Of a stretch of DNA of 64,000 nt, positions 51,586-60,415 are shown in pieces. The position numbers were made by a program, and so were the translations under genes. Under the pieces are notes generated by a model. That model was not told the origin of the DNA and did no database searches. It worked only from the letters and a program-made list of their open reading frames with translations. The stretch is from NCBI GenBank assembly GCA_945903645.1, contig CAMDOM010000013.1:485-64484 (forward strand), written 5' to 3'. Every line of letters begins with the position of its first letter. Position 1 is the first letter of the stretch. The DNA comes from Chryseobacterium gleum (GTDB lineage Bacteria; Bacteroidota; Bacteroidia; UBA10329).

Positions 51586-51903
51586 CACGTAATGGATGTG
51601 GATGTCTTGCCGCGTGGTGGCGTGCAGGGTTCCGCTGGCAAATTCGTCCGATAGGTCCGCAATGGTCATCAACTGGTCAGGGTTGATACGCCCGAACGGG
51701 ATTTTGACGCACACCATCTACACGCCTTGCTACCGCTGGCCATAGACCCCGTGTGCCAACCGCAGACTACGGAATTTCTCCTCGTTCACCGTGCCCTCGC
51801 GGAACTGTCGAATTTTCTTATCTAGATTGATGATGTCCTTAGCCACAATGGCCTGTTTTCCTGTTAGGTCGGGATTTTCGAGTTCGGTACGGAAGCTTTG
51901 CAT
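51586..51903 (-). pseudogene. Sulfite/nitrite reductase hemoprotein (sir/cysI-like), truncated with two TAG stops
   Basis: MQSFRTELEN...FRSLRLAHGVYGQR*QGV*MVCVKIPFG...LHATTRQDIHIHYV; stops at 51730-51732 and 51718-51720; 106 codons only. Confidence 0.85.
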
Positions 51904-51948
51904 TGTAATAAGTTTAAAGCGTTAGTCGTAAGTCAAAATTCAATCAAT

Positions 51949-51978
51949 AAAAAAAGCCTCCCAGTTTCCTGAAAGGCT
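51949..51978 (-). terminator. Attenuator terminator hairpin
   Basis: mRNA AGCCUUUCAG-GAAA-CUGGGAGGCU followed by U-tract. Confidence 0.85.
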
Positions 51979-52013
51979 AGCATCGCACAAGAGTTATGTT
52001 ACGCTTTAGCCTT

Positions 52014-52091
52014 TCAGTATAGCATACAACAGGTACAGCACTTTGAGTGACATGCAATTGAAGTAGCAAATGAAATGGTGAAGGCGTTCAT
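52014..52091 (-). CDS. Cys-rich leader peptide MNAFTISFATSIACHSKCCTCCMLY (25 aa)
   Basis: Manual translation; 5 Cys and 1 Met in the last 12 codons; stop lies inside the antiterminator arm. Confidence 0.75.
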   Translation of the reverse strand: MNAFTISFATSIACHSKCCTCCMLY

Positions 52092-52206
52092 GGCTGCAAA
52101 TATATGCTTTATGTGATTTTCATCGCATTGAATAAAAATTTAATTTGCTACTCCTTATCTTTCCAAAAGGTGATTCCAGCTGCATGAGACTGCACTAATG
52201 ATGGCC

Positions 52207-52394
52207 AGGTCGAACTTCTAGGTCAAACGTCAGTTCGCTAATATTATCCTTTTGTTAGCTCAGGTATACTGCCTTGAGCTTGAAATCCCTGTCATGTTTT
52301 CTTCTTGTTTCTGATATGTAATTTTAGGTTAAACCGCTTTACTAAAACTTCAATTACTATCTAATCAAGGTTAGCAGGTACAGTTGCAAGTCCA
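52207..52394 (-). mobile_element. IS3-family remnant (left end plus decayed OrfA)
   Basis: TG-starting end TGGACTTGCAAC at 52394; frame (I)SETRRKHDRDFKLKAVYLS*QKDNISELTFDLEVRP from 52317. Confidence 0.6.
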
Positions 52395-52514
52395 CTTTAG
52401 TCGGTTTCTTCGGTCATATTTCACTGTCAATGAAACTGTATTTTGGTTTAGGAGAAGCACTGTTCTGTTTTACGCTTTAGGTTTGCAGTGTTCAAACTAA
52501 CTTCGTTTACACCC

Positions 52515-53462
52515 ATGACTTTTGCCCGTAAAGCCCTGCTTGCGCTTGTACTTATTCCCATCGTTTCGCTTGGTATGTATGCCATGTTTCGCCAAGACCT
52601 CACCTTGTCGAAGGCCGAGGTGAAGGCTACCTACAGGCTTCCCAACTCGCATTTCCTTAGCTGGAAAGGGGGCGAATTGCATTACACCGAGAGTGGCGCA
52701 GGCATGCCCGTGCTTATGATTCATGGCTTTGGGGGCAGCAACCGCGATTTTGTGGCGCTCGATTCGCTCATCCAGTCCAACTATCGTATCATACGAGTAG
52801 ACTTGCCTGGGTTTGGGTTGTCGGACTATCCGTTTTCCTATACCTCCGACACCACATTGATGGAAGCCCATACGGCTTATTTCAATTTTTTACTCGATAC
52901 GCTACACATCGACTCGTGCTATGTGATGGGCAATTCTATGGGTGGACTTATGGCGATGGCGCTAGCGCTGCAACATCCAGATGTAGTGCGCAAATTGGTG
53001 TTGTTTAACAGTGCGGGCTATGATATGGAAGAGGTGAAAAAGAGCGCCAATGCCGATTTTTTCACCCTTTGGCCGGTGCGGAAGTTCTCCGAAAGAGGAT
53101 TGCCCGAGTTTATGACCGCCAAAGGCATAGAGCGGGTGCCTTACGACAAAACTATGGTGACCCCAGAGAAGATAACCCGTGTGAATAGCCTATGGAACCG
53201 CGAAGGCAATTTGCGCCACATTGTAGAAATGGCCAATGCTACCGATGTGTTTGACCAAAATAGGATTGCTGAAATTGCTTGTCCAACGATGATTGTGTGG
53301 GGCAAACAAGATAAGATTGTGAATGTGAAGTATGCCGAGCGTTTTCATCAGGATATTAAAGGCAGCCAATTGGTGGTTTATGACAAATGCGGTCATGTGC
53401 CCATGATGGAGAAGCCCGAGGAAGTGAAACGCGATGTGTTGCAGTTTTTAACGGCCAACTAA
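52515..53462 (+). CDS. Alpha/beta hydrolase with N-terminal anchor
   Basis: IHGFGG, DLPGFG, GNSMGG, WGKQD, CGHVP. Confidence 0.9.
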   Translation: MTFARKALLALVLIPIVSLGMYAMFRQDLTLSKAEVKATYRLPNSHFLSWKGGELHYTESGAGMPVLMIHGFGGSNRDFVALDSLIQSNYRIIRVDLPGFGLSDYPFSYTSDTTLMEAHTAYFNFLLDTLHIDSCYVMGNSMGGLMAMALALQHPDVVRKLVLFNSAGYDMEEVKKSANADFFTLWPVRKFSERGLPEFMTAKGIERVPYDKTMVTPEKITRVNSLWNREGNLRHIVEMANATDVFDQNRIAEIACPTMIVWGKQDKIVNVKYAERFHQDIKGSQLVVYDKCGHVPMMEKPEEVKRDVLQFLTAN

Positions 53463-53567
53463 AGCTCACCGTTTGAGTTCGAGAAAAGAAACGAAATCTT
53501 CTATCTAATTATCTCGCTTAAAGTCTATTGCAATAGCTACCGAGCAGAACCATAAAAGACATCTTAT

Positions 53568-53802
53568 TGCCACAGAAGCACAGATTTTCACAGACAATAG
53601 ACACAGATTTTATTGCGTTTCGCAATGAGCTCCGTTATTGCGTTCCGCAATGATTCCGAGACTTCGCAACTCGTTGGTCGGTTTGGTCGGTTCAGTGAAA
53701 TTACTGCGTTCCGCAATGAACTCCCGTTGGTCGGTTCAGTGAAGTTCTGTGTTTCTTTGACTGTCACCCTGTTTTCCGCTCGCGCGAGGTTCTGCCTCGT
53801 GC
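53568..53802. repeat. Mosaic repeat cluster related to the 39-47 kb repeats
   Basis: gcaatgagctccgttattgcgttccgcaatga and gttggtcggtttggtcggt are reverse complements of ~44988-45043; cacaga repeats; hairpin gcgcgagg-ttctg-cctcgtgc at 53782-53802. Confidence 0.75.
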
Positions 53803-53897
53803 AGAGTATTCCGAACCGTTCACGGTTCAATACTTAGGTCAGCATGACTTTCTAAAATTTTCGCCATGTTTGTCGCACAACCATAACCCACCATCGC

Positions 53898-54233
53898 ATG
53901 TCGCTTACTGCCAAAGAACTCATCCAAGCTCTACCATCCCGCTTAAAAGTAGACAAGGCCAAAAAGGGAAACCACACAGCACACGTTCATTTCATATTTA
54001 CGGGAGATGGCGCCTGCGAACTCACCGCAGTGTTGGCAAATGGCGTATGTACCGTTACGGATGGATTGCAAGGCACACCAGATAGTGTGGTAACCGCCAA
54101 AGCAAAGGATTGGGCAGATTTAGAGCTGGGACGAATAAACGCAGCCACCGCCTTTCTTTTTGGCAAGATAAAAGTGTCGAAATCGAGTATGATGATGACG
54201 TTTATCGACTTGTTTGAGCGGGCGAAGGAGTAG
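53898..54233 (+). CDS. SCP2 sterol-binding domain protein
   Basis: GTPDSVVT...INAATAFLFGKIKVS. Confidence 0.8.
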   Translation: MSLTAKELIQALPSRLKVDKAKKGNHTAHVHFIFTGDGACELTAVLANGVCTVTDGLQGTPDSVVTAKAKDWADLELGRINAATAFLFGKIKVSKSSMMMTFIDLFERAKE

Positions 54234-54402
54234 CGTATAAGGTTGGTTTAGCATGGAACCAAATTTGAGAGAGCTAGAATTGAGCTGTTATCTCGAAAGC
54301 GTTACATCTCTGATTGATAACTTCTTCTAAAGTTTCCAAACAGCTATAACGTATTATTGCTTTGAAATTGGATGTAGTTAAAGCACCAATCATATTTACG
54401 TA

Positions 54403-54414
54403 TGACGTTCGTCA
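54403..54414. promoter_or_regulatory. TGAC-N4-GTCA palindrome (candidate Crp/Fnr-type box)
   Basis: tgacgttcgtca about 45 bp upstream of the P1B ATPase start. Confidence 0.4.
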
Positions 54415-54456
54415 GTATTTTCATCTTCATCAATGGGAATTTTGCGCCACGTTCCA

Positions 54457-56847
54457 ATGGAAACCCCACACACATTGACCGCCTGCTATCATTGCGGTGA
54501 GGACTGCAAGGAAGAGGTTATTCCTTTAAAAGGCAAAGAGTTTTGCTGCGAGGGCTGCAAAACAGTATTCGACCTCCTGGATCAGAATGGCATGTGCGCC
54601 TACTACGATATGGAAGGTAGTCCGGGTGCGCAAATGCTTAAGTCAGAAATTGGCAATCGCTTCGTCTTTCTCGACTTAGAAGATATTCGCACGCACCTGG
54701 TTGATTTCTCCGATGGGCGGATGACCAAACTCACGCTGTTTGTACCCAATATTCATTGCAGCAGCTGCATTTGGCTGTTGGAACATTTGGACCATTTGCA
54801 CTCAGGCGTGGTTTCTTCGCAAGTCAATTTCCTCAAGAAATCTGTGACAGTAAATTTCCATCACGATGCGATTTCATTGCGTCAGGTGGTTGAATTACTC
54901 ACTTCCATAGGATATGAACCCTATCTCTCGCTCAAGGATTTAAGCAAGAAGAGTGAATCGAACTACAACCGCGATTTGATTACGCGATTGGCCGTGGCAG
55001 GCTTTGCGTTTGGCAATATCATGTTGCTCAGTCTTCCCGATTATCTCTCGTTTGGCACAGATGTAGAAACCTCGTATCAAACCATATTTAACTGGATAAA
55101 CTTAGGCTTGGGCACGTTGGTGTTTGCCTATCCCGCGGGGTTATTCCTCAAATCGGCCTACAAAGCCATCACGCACAAAACAGTAAATATTGATGTGCCT
55201 TTGGCCTTAGGCATTTTTGCGTTGTATGGGCGAAGTGTGGCAGAAATTGCATCTGGGGCAGGAGTGGGGTACATGGATAGTTTGGCTGGACTCATCTTTT
55301 TCTTGTTGATAGGAAGATGGTATCAGGATAGAACCTACAAGGCCTTATCGTTCGACCGCGATTTTAGTGCCTATTTCCCCATGGCGGTAACGCGTGTAAA
55401 AAATGGAGTGGAGGAGAGCGTGGCGCTGCAAAACATTAAGAAAGGCGATGAACTCATCATTCTGTCCAATGGCTTGATACCCGCAGATGCCGTGCTAGTT
55501 AGCGAACATGCAAGCATTGATTACAGCTTTGTTACCGGAGAATCGGAACCCATTAGCAAGCACAAAAATGATGCACTGTTTGCCGGTGGACGCCAAGTGG
55601 GGGGTGCTGTGCATGTGGTGCTCACCAAAGAGGTTTCGCAGAGTTATTTAACAAGTTTGTGGGACCAAGATGTGTTTAAGAAAGAGCGTAAATCGCTGGT
55701 ATCACTTATGGACAATGTGGCCAGACGGTTCACCATTTCTATCTTGATTATCGCCACAATAGCAGCAGGTGCATGGTTGTTTATAGATGCTTCGCGAGCA
55801 GTTGATGTGTTTACTGCGGTGCTCATCATTTCGTGCCCTTGCGCATTGGCGCTCACCATGCCGTTTGCGCTAGGCAATGGCATTCGCATATTGGGGCGCA
55901 ATGGCCTTTTTCTTAAAGATTCAACCATTATCGAACGGTTGGCTAGTATCACCACTATTATATTCGATAAAACAGGCACATTAACTACCTCCGAACGCCC
56001 CGAAGTGCAGTTTTCAGGCGAATTGACCCCAGATGAAGCAGCCATGGTGCATGCCCTTGCGGCCAATAGCTCGCATCCTTTAAGTAGGGCTTTGTCGCAA
56101 CACCTGAAAGGGCTGAATTATAGCGTCAATCAGTTTGAAGAAGTGGCCAATAAAGGGCTGCAAGCCGTTGTAAAAGGAATTCCATTGCGCATAGGTTCGG
56201 CAGAGTGGGTGGGAAGTGCCTTGCCAGTAGCGGAAACCCACGGTTCGTTGGTCTACGTGCAAATTGCAAATCAGGTGAAAGGCTATTTCAGTATTCGCAA
56301 GCAATACAGAATTGGATTGGAGGAAATGTTTGCCAAACTGAGCCCCAAGTTTGGATTGCAAGTGCTTTCTGGAGATAATGACCGCGAGCGCAACTTCTTG
56401 GCAAAAACCTACGGTGTAAGCGACTTGTTTTTTGCCCAATCGCCCTTCGATAAGCTGCATCATGTGAAACACCAACAAGACCAAGGGAAACAAGTATTGA
56501 TGGTAGGTGATGGACTCAACGATGCTGGTGCACTAAAACAAGCAGATATTGGATTTTCTGTGGTAGAAGATGTGCATGGTTTTTCTCCTTCGTGTGATGG
56601 AATTCTCGAAGCCGATGCGCTTGCTGCCTTGCCAAGACTCATGCAATTTTCTAAAGCGTGTATTCGTATAGTGAAATGGAGTTTTGTGGTGTCGTTTCTT
56701 TATAATTTCGTAGGTGTTTCGATGGCAGTTCAAGGACTCATTTCTCCACTGTTTGCGGCTATTCTCATGCCTTTAAGCAGTATTACGATAATCGCTTTTA
56801 GCACCCTTGGCACTGGGTGGATGGCCCACCGCAACGGCTTCAAATAA
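54457..56847 (+). CDS. ccoI: Heavy-metal P1B-type ATPase (CcoI/FixI-like)
   Basis: CYHC, FCCEGC, HCSSC, TGE, CPC, DKTGT, GDGLND. Confidence 0.85.
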   Translation: METPHTLTACYHCGEDCKEEVIPLKGKEFCCEGCKTVFDLLDQNGMCAYYDMEGSPGAQMLKSEIGNRFVFLDLEDIRTHLVDFSDGRMTKLTLFVPNIHCSSCIWLLEHLDHLHSGVVSSQVNFLKKSVTVNFHHDAISLRQVVELLTSIGYEPYLSLKDLSKKSESNYNRDLITRLAVAGFAFGNIMLLSLPDYLSFGTDVETSYQTIFNWINLGLGTLVFAYPAGLFLKSAYKAITHKTVNIDVPLALGIFALYGRSVAEIASGAGVGYMDSLAGLIFFLLIGRWYQDRTYKALSFDRDFSAYFPMAVTRVKNGVEESVALQNIKKGDELIILSNGLIPADAVLVSEHASIDYSFVTGESEPISKHKNDALFAGGRQVGGAVHVVLTKEVSQSYLTSLWDQDVFKKERKSLVSLMDNVARRFTISILIIATIAAGAWLFIDASRAVDVFTAVLIISCPCALALTMPFALGNGIRILGRNGLFLKDSTIIERLASITTIIFDKTGTLTTSERPEVQFSGELTPDEAAMVHALAANSSHPLSRALSQHLKGLNYSVNQFEEVANKGLQAVVKGIPLRIGSAEWVGSALPVAETHGSLVYVQIANQVKGYFSIRKQYRIGLEEMFAKLSPKFGLQVLSGDNDRERNFLAKTYGVSDLFFAQSPFDKLHHVKHQQDQGKQVLMVGDGLNDAGALKQADIGFSVVEDVHGFSPSCDGILEADALAALPRLMQFSKACIRIVKWSFVVSFLYNFVGVSMAVQGLISPLFAAILMPLSSITIIAFSTLGTGWMAHRNGFK

Positions 56848-56936
56848 TTGCAACAGGTTGTACATATTGCGAAATAAATTACGCGAAACACCTATTGCAT
56901 TGAAAAAATGCCTAATTATGAGTCGAAGTTTTGCTC

Positions 56937-58565
56937 ATGAAGAAACCATTACTAGCCATTTGTATAGTGTTTTGTATGACGAGTGTGGGCATAGCTCAGG
57001 ATTTTACCTTGCAGCCCGTTCGCACATTCTACGGACACGAATATGGCGTGAAAAAGGCAGTGTTTGCCCCTAACGGGAAAACCTTTGCTAGCGGTGGTAC
57101 GCGTGGTGAGCTGATGGTTTGGAATGTCGAAACCGGAGAGGTCAAGCAGCGCATGGAAGGGCACTACAGCTCCATTACCGATTTGCGCTACACCAAAGAT
57201 GGAAAGTTCATTATCACCGCAGCCAACGATGGACACGTAAAGGTTTGGGATGCTGCTACGGGTAAAATGGTGCGTAAATTCAATACGGCCGAGAATGTAG
57301 CTTCCGTAAAAAACACGCATTTCGCATTGCTTTCAGAAGATGGGCAAGTGGTTTATTTTGGTGGAGACGACCGCAGACTGCAAATTGGTTTGGTGGGTAG
57401 CGATGAGCCTTGCAGAACGCTCTACACCGACAAAAAAGACCCCATTCGCTGTGCTGCCTTAAGTCCAAACGGAAGGGAAATCATATTTGCAGCAGGGCAA
57501 TACCTGATTGTATTTGATTTGGCTACCAACAAATTGGCTCGCGAATACAATACGGGAACTTGCGATATCAACGCATTGCAGTTTTCTGAAGATGGCAAGA
57601 TATTGCTTTCGTGGTGCGCCAATGCTAGGGTAGACATACGCAATGCACAAACGTTTTTGCTCAAAACCAGTTTTAGGGCAGGCACTGGTGGACGTAAATT
57701 CAGCAACATCTCACTCTCAGATGATCAGAAATATGTGATTACAGGCGACCACGCTTCTCGGTTCAATATGTGGGACCTATCCGCCAAGCGATTAGTGATG
57801 GACGAAGGTGCGGATCAAGGCACTATCCAAGATTTTGATGTGGAAACAAGTCTTAACTATGTGCTTTCAGCTAGCTTAGATAAAACCATCAAGCTGTGGA
57901 AGATAACGGAGAAAATCATAGAAGAAGAACCTAAGAAAAAAGCCAAAGATTCTCCAGTCGTTGAGCCTGCGCCACAGGTGGTTATCTTAACGCAGGACGA
58001 AACGCAGGATGATTTAACACCGATGGAAACCCGCGAACCTGAGGCGCCAACTCAGGTAGTTAAAGTTGCACCAGTTCCAGTTCCTGCGGTTGTAGCAAGT
58101 GTTCCCGCAGAAACTCCGAAGGAAGTGCAGGAGCAGAAAGTGGAGGCATCTGCATCACCAACCCCAACCGCCAGTGCAAAAGGCGATAGCATAAGCGTAA
58201 TTCCAGACAGGCTTAATGGCCGAAGCATTCGCCCTCTAAGAAGTGATCACCGGTTGAATTTACTTTCGCACAATCTAACGTTTCAAATATGGGATGCGCA
58301 AATTATTGATGGCGATATTATCTCTATCTACATCAACGATCAAATTATCGTGAAAGAGTACAGCATCATCAACGAACATCTTACCGTGAAATTCAACGCC
58401 AAGGATTTCAAGAAAGCCTACCTCTATTTGCATGCGCACAACGTGGGAAGTATTCCTCCAAACACTGCCACTATGATGATTTCGGATGGTGTGCAAGAAA
58501 TTCAAGTAGAACTTCGGTCGGACCTTACGGGTTCTGCCGCAGTGGAGTTGAATTTTGTGGATTAA
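56937..58565 (+). CDS. Secreted WD40 beta-propeller protein with Pro/Glu-rich linker and unknown C-terminal domain
   Basis: GH...WN/WD repeats; low-complexity linker. Confidence 0.85.
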   Translation: MKKPLLAICIVFCMTSVGIAQDFTLQPVRTFYGHEYGVKKAVFAPNGKTFASGGTRGELMVWNVETGEVKQRMEGHYSSITDLRYTKDGKFIITAANDGHVKVWDAATGKMVRKFNTAENVASVKNTHFALLSEDGQVVYFGGDDRRLQIGLVGSDEPCRTLYTDKKDPIRCAALSPNGREIIFAAGQYLIVFDLATNKLAREYNTGTCDINALQFSEDGKILLSWCANARVDIRNAQTFLLKTSFRAGTGGRKFSNISLSDDQKYVITGDHASRFNMWDLSAKRLVMDEGADQGTIQDFDVETSLNYVLSASLDKTIKLWKITEKIIEEEPKKKAKDSPVVEPAPQVVILTQDETQDDLTPMETREPEAPTQVVKVAPVPVPAVVASVPAETPKEVQEQKVEASASPTPTASAKGDSISVIPDRLNGRSIRPLRSDHRLNLLSHNLTFQIWDAQIIDGDIISIYINDQIIVKEYSIINEHLTVKFNAKDFKKAYLYLHAHNVGSIPPNTATMMISDGVQEIQVELRSDLTGSAAVELNFVD

Positions 58566-58586
58566 GAATTGAATCACACCTAGTTA

Positions 58587-59168
58587 ATGGAGCTCAACAA
58601 AGATTTTTGGAATTCACGCTATGCTACAAATGATACCGGTTGGGATTTAGGCGCGCCTAGTCCGCCACTAAAAGCATTTATCGACTCGCTCACCAACAAA
58701 TCAATGCGCATTCTAATTCCAGGATGCGGCAATGCCTATGAAGCCCAATATTTCCATAGTTTGGGCTTTACCAATGTGTTTGTAATTGATTTGGCGCCCT
58801 TAGCATTGGAAGCCTTTGCCAATCGTCAACCCAATTTTTTGAAGAGTCATCTTATCTGCGGAGACTTCTTTGAGCATTCAGCGGAATATGACCTCATTTT
58901 GGAGCAAACCTTCTTTTGCGCCATTGACCCAAGTCTTAGGTCGAAATATGCTGCCCACATGCACCGTTTGCTGAAACCGAATGGAAAGCTGGTGGGATTG
59001 CTCTTTGGTGTGCCCATGAATGCAGATAAACCTCCTTATGGCGGAAATGCTGAAGAATATCGCACCTATTTCGAGCCATTGTTCAGAATTGACCGCCTAG
59101 AATCCTGCGCCACATCTATCGCTCCAAGGCTTGGAAACGAGTTGTGGATGGAATTGACCAAGTTGTGA
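58587..59168 (+). CDS. TPMT-family SAM-dependent methyltransferase
   Basis: WDLG, ILIPGCGNAYEA, EQTFFCAI, PPYGG. Confidence 0.88.
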   Translation: MELNKDFWNSRYATNDTGWDLGAPSPPLKAFIDSLTNKSMRILIPGCGNAYEAQYFHSLGFTNVFVIDLAPLALEAFANRQPNFLKSHLICGDFFEHSAEYDLILEQTFFCAIDPSLRSKYAAHMHRLLKPNGKLVGLLFGVPMNADKPPYGGNAEEYRTYFEPLFRIDRLESCATSIAPRLGNELWMELTKL

Positions 59169-59358
59169 TTATGTCGCTACAATAGCTTAACACAATCTTT
59201 GTTCAGTCTATCGTAACGCACTGAAATTCAGTACTTAAATTTCTTACATATTTCACTGCTAATCAGCATTTCACTGCGCAATCGCAAATACATTCGCAGC
59301 GGTTTCTTGTGACTCGTTTCAAGGATATTCATCTACCTAAAAACACTAGCTACCCCCA

Positions 59359-59964
59359 ATGATTCACCCAGATACAGAAGTACGCTTCATTAGTAATGAG
59401 ATTGGATATGGCGTGGTGGCCACAAAGTTGATTCCCAAGGGAACAATTACATGGGTATTGGACAAGCTTGATCGTGAGTTTACGCCTGAAGAGGTGAAAA
59501 AATTAGATCCTATATATCAAGACATTCTGTATACCTACACGTTTCGAAATAATGTAGGAAACTTTGTGCTGTGCTGGGATCACGGACGTTTTGTGAACCA
59601 TAGCTTTAAGTCTAATTGTATGTCCACAGCCTATGATATTGAAATCGCCATTCGCGATATTCATCCCGGAGAGCAATTAACAGACGATTACGGTTACCTT
59701 AACGTTACAGAGCCTTTTGAAGCATTGGATGAGGGCACCGAACGGAAAGTGGTTTATCCAGACGATATCAAGAATTTTGCAGCCGTTTGGGATAAGCAAT
59801 TGGCAGAAAACTTCAAGTATATCTTGGAGGTAAACCAAAAAATGAAATACCTGCTAACTCCCGAAATGTGGAATAAAATTGAGGCCGTTGCCAAAGGTCA
59901 ATTACCTTTAGATTCTATTATTTCGTGCCATTACGAGGATGTAAAACAACAAGCAAATGTTTAG
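59359..59964 (+). CDS. SET-domain protein
   Basis: GYGVVAT, RFVNHS, AIRDIHPGEQLTDDY. Confidence 0.88.
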   Translation: MIHPDTEVRFISNEIGYGVVATKLIPKGTITWVLDKLDREFTPEEVKKLDPIYQDILYTYTFRNNVGNFVLCWDHGRFVNHSFKSNCMSTAYDIEIAIRDIHPGEQLTDDYGYLNVTEPFEALDEGTERKVVYPDDIKNFAAVWDKQLAENFKYILEVNQKMKYLLTPEMWNKIEAVAKGQLPLDSIISCHYEDVKQQANV

Positions 59965-60328
59965 TAAAAAGGCAATAGCCGCCTATGTTTTCGGAGCATT
60001 TTTGCTATTAGGTGGAGTTAATCACTTTTTGAAACCAGAGTTTTACGCTCCGTTTGTTCCAAGCCAGATTTCACTGGAGTTTGCCAATTGGAGTTCGGGT
60101 ATTTTGGAGTTGATTTTAGGTCTCGGATTATTTTTTTCTAGGGTCAGAATTATTGCTGCATGGGGTGTTTTTTGTTTAATGTTAGCTTTTCTCCCACTTC
60201 ATATTTGGGATGTGTTTCGGTACGACCCAGCAATTGGTAGCGCCACCGCAGCCTATATACGACTGCCTTTTCAGTTCTTTTTCATCTTATGGACGTGGTG
60301 GTTGGCGCAACCCGAAACCAAAAAATAG
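59957..60328 (+). CDS. DoxX-like membrane protein
   Basis: GVNHF..P.FY, SGILE, RLPFQ. Confidence 0.75.
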   Translation: MFSKKAIAAYVFGAFLLLGGVNHFLKPEFYAPFVPSQISLEFANWSSGILELILGLGLFFSRVRIIAAWGVFCLMLAFLPLHIWDVFRYDPAIGSATAAYIRLPFQFFFILWTWWLAQPETKK

Positions 60329-60415
60329 CCGTTCAAATTAGGGCGTTAGACCTGTAATTATTGGGTGAATTTTTGCGGGAAAGTGTCAACGTTGATGATG
60401 TAAATTCGCCACCCG

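Larger units (their letters stand above)
51949..52104 (-). promoter_or_regulatory. Putative cysteine-responsive attenuator (-7 box, leader peptide, antiterminator, terminator)
   Basis: TATATTTG at 52104-52097; 11-bp perfect antiterminator 52017-52007 with 51979-51969, competing with the terminator. Confidence 0.75.

Noticed and set aside
2811-51732. Alternative genetic code (TGA=Trp or TAG=Gln) suggested by in-frame stops
   Set aside because: Intact genes end in TGA (ndk, DHH) and TAG (kynU, fic); internal stops occur only in decaying loci.
39365-53837. Short ORFs 39365-39625, 39423-39650, 41120-41461, 42015-42254, 45015-45200, 53588-53830, 53613-53837
   Set aside because: They mostly translate repeat DNA or overlap real genes.
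59359-59964. SET-domain protein as a eukaryote-like effector
   Set aside because: Stand-alone SET proteins are common in bacteria; no secretion signal or supportive context.
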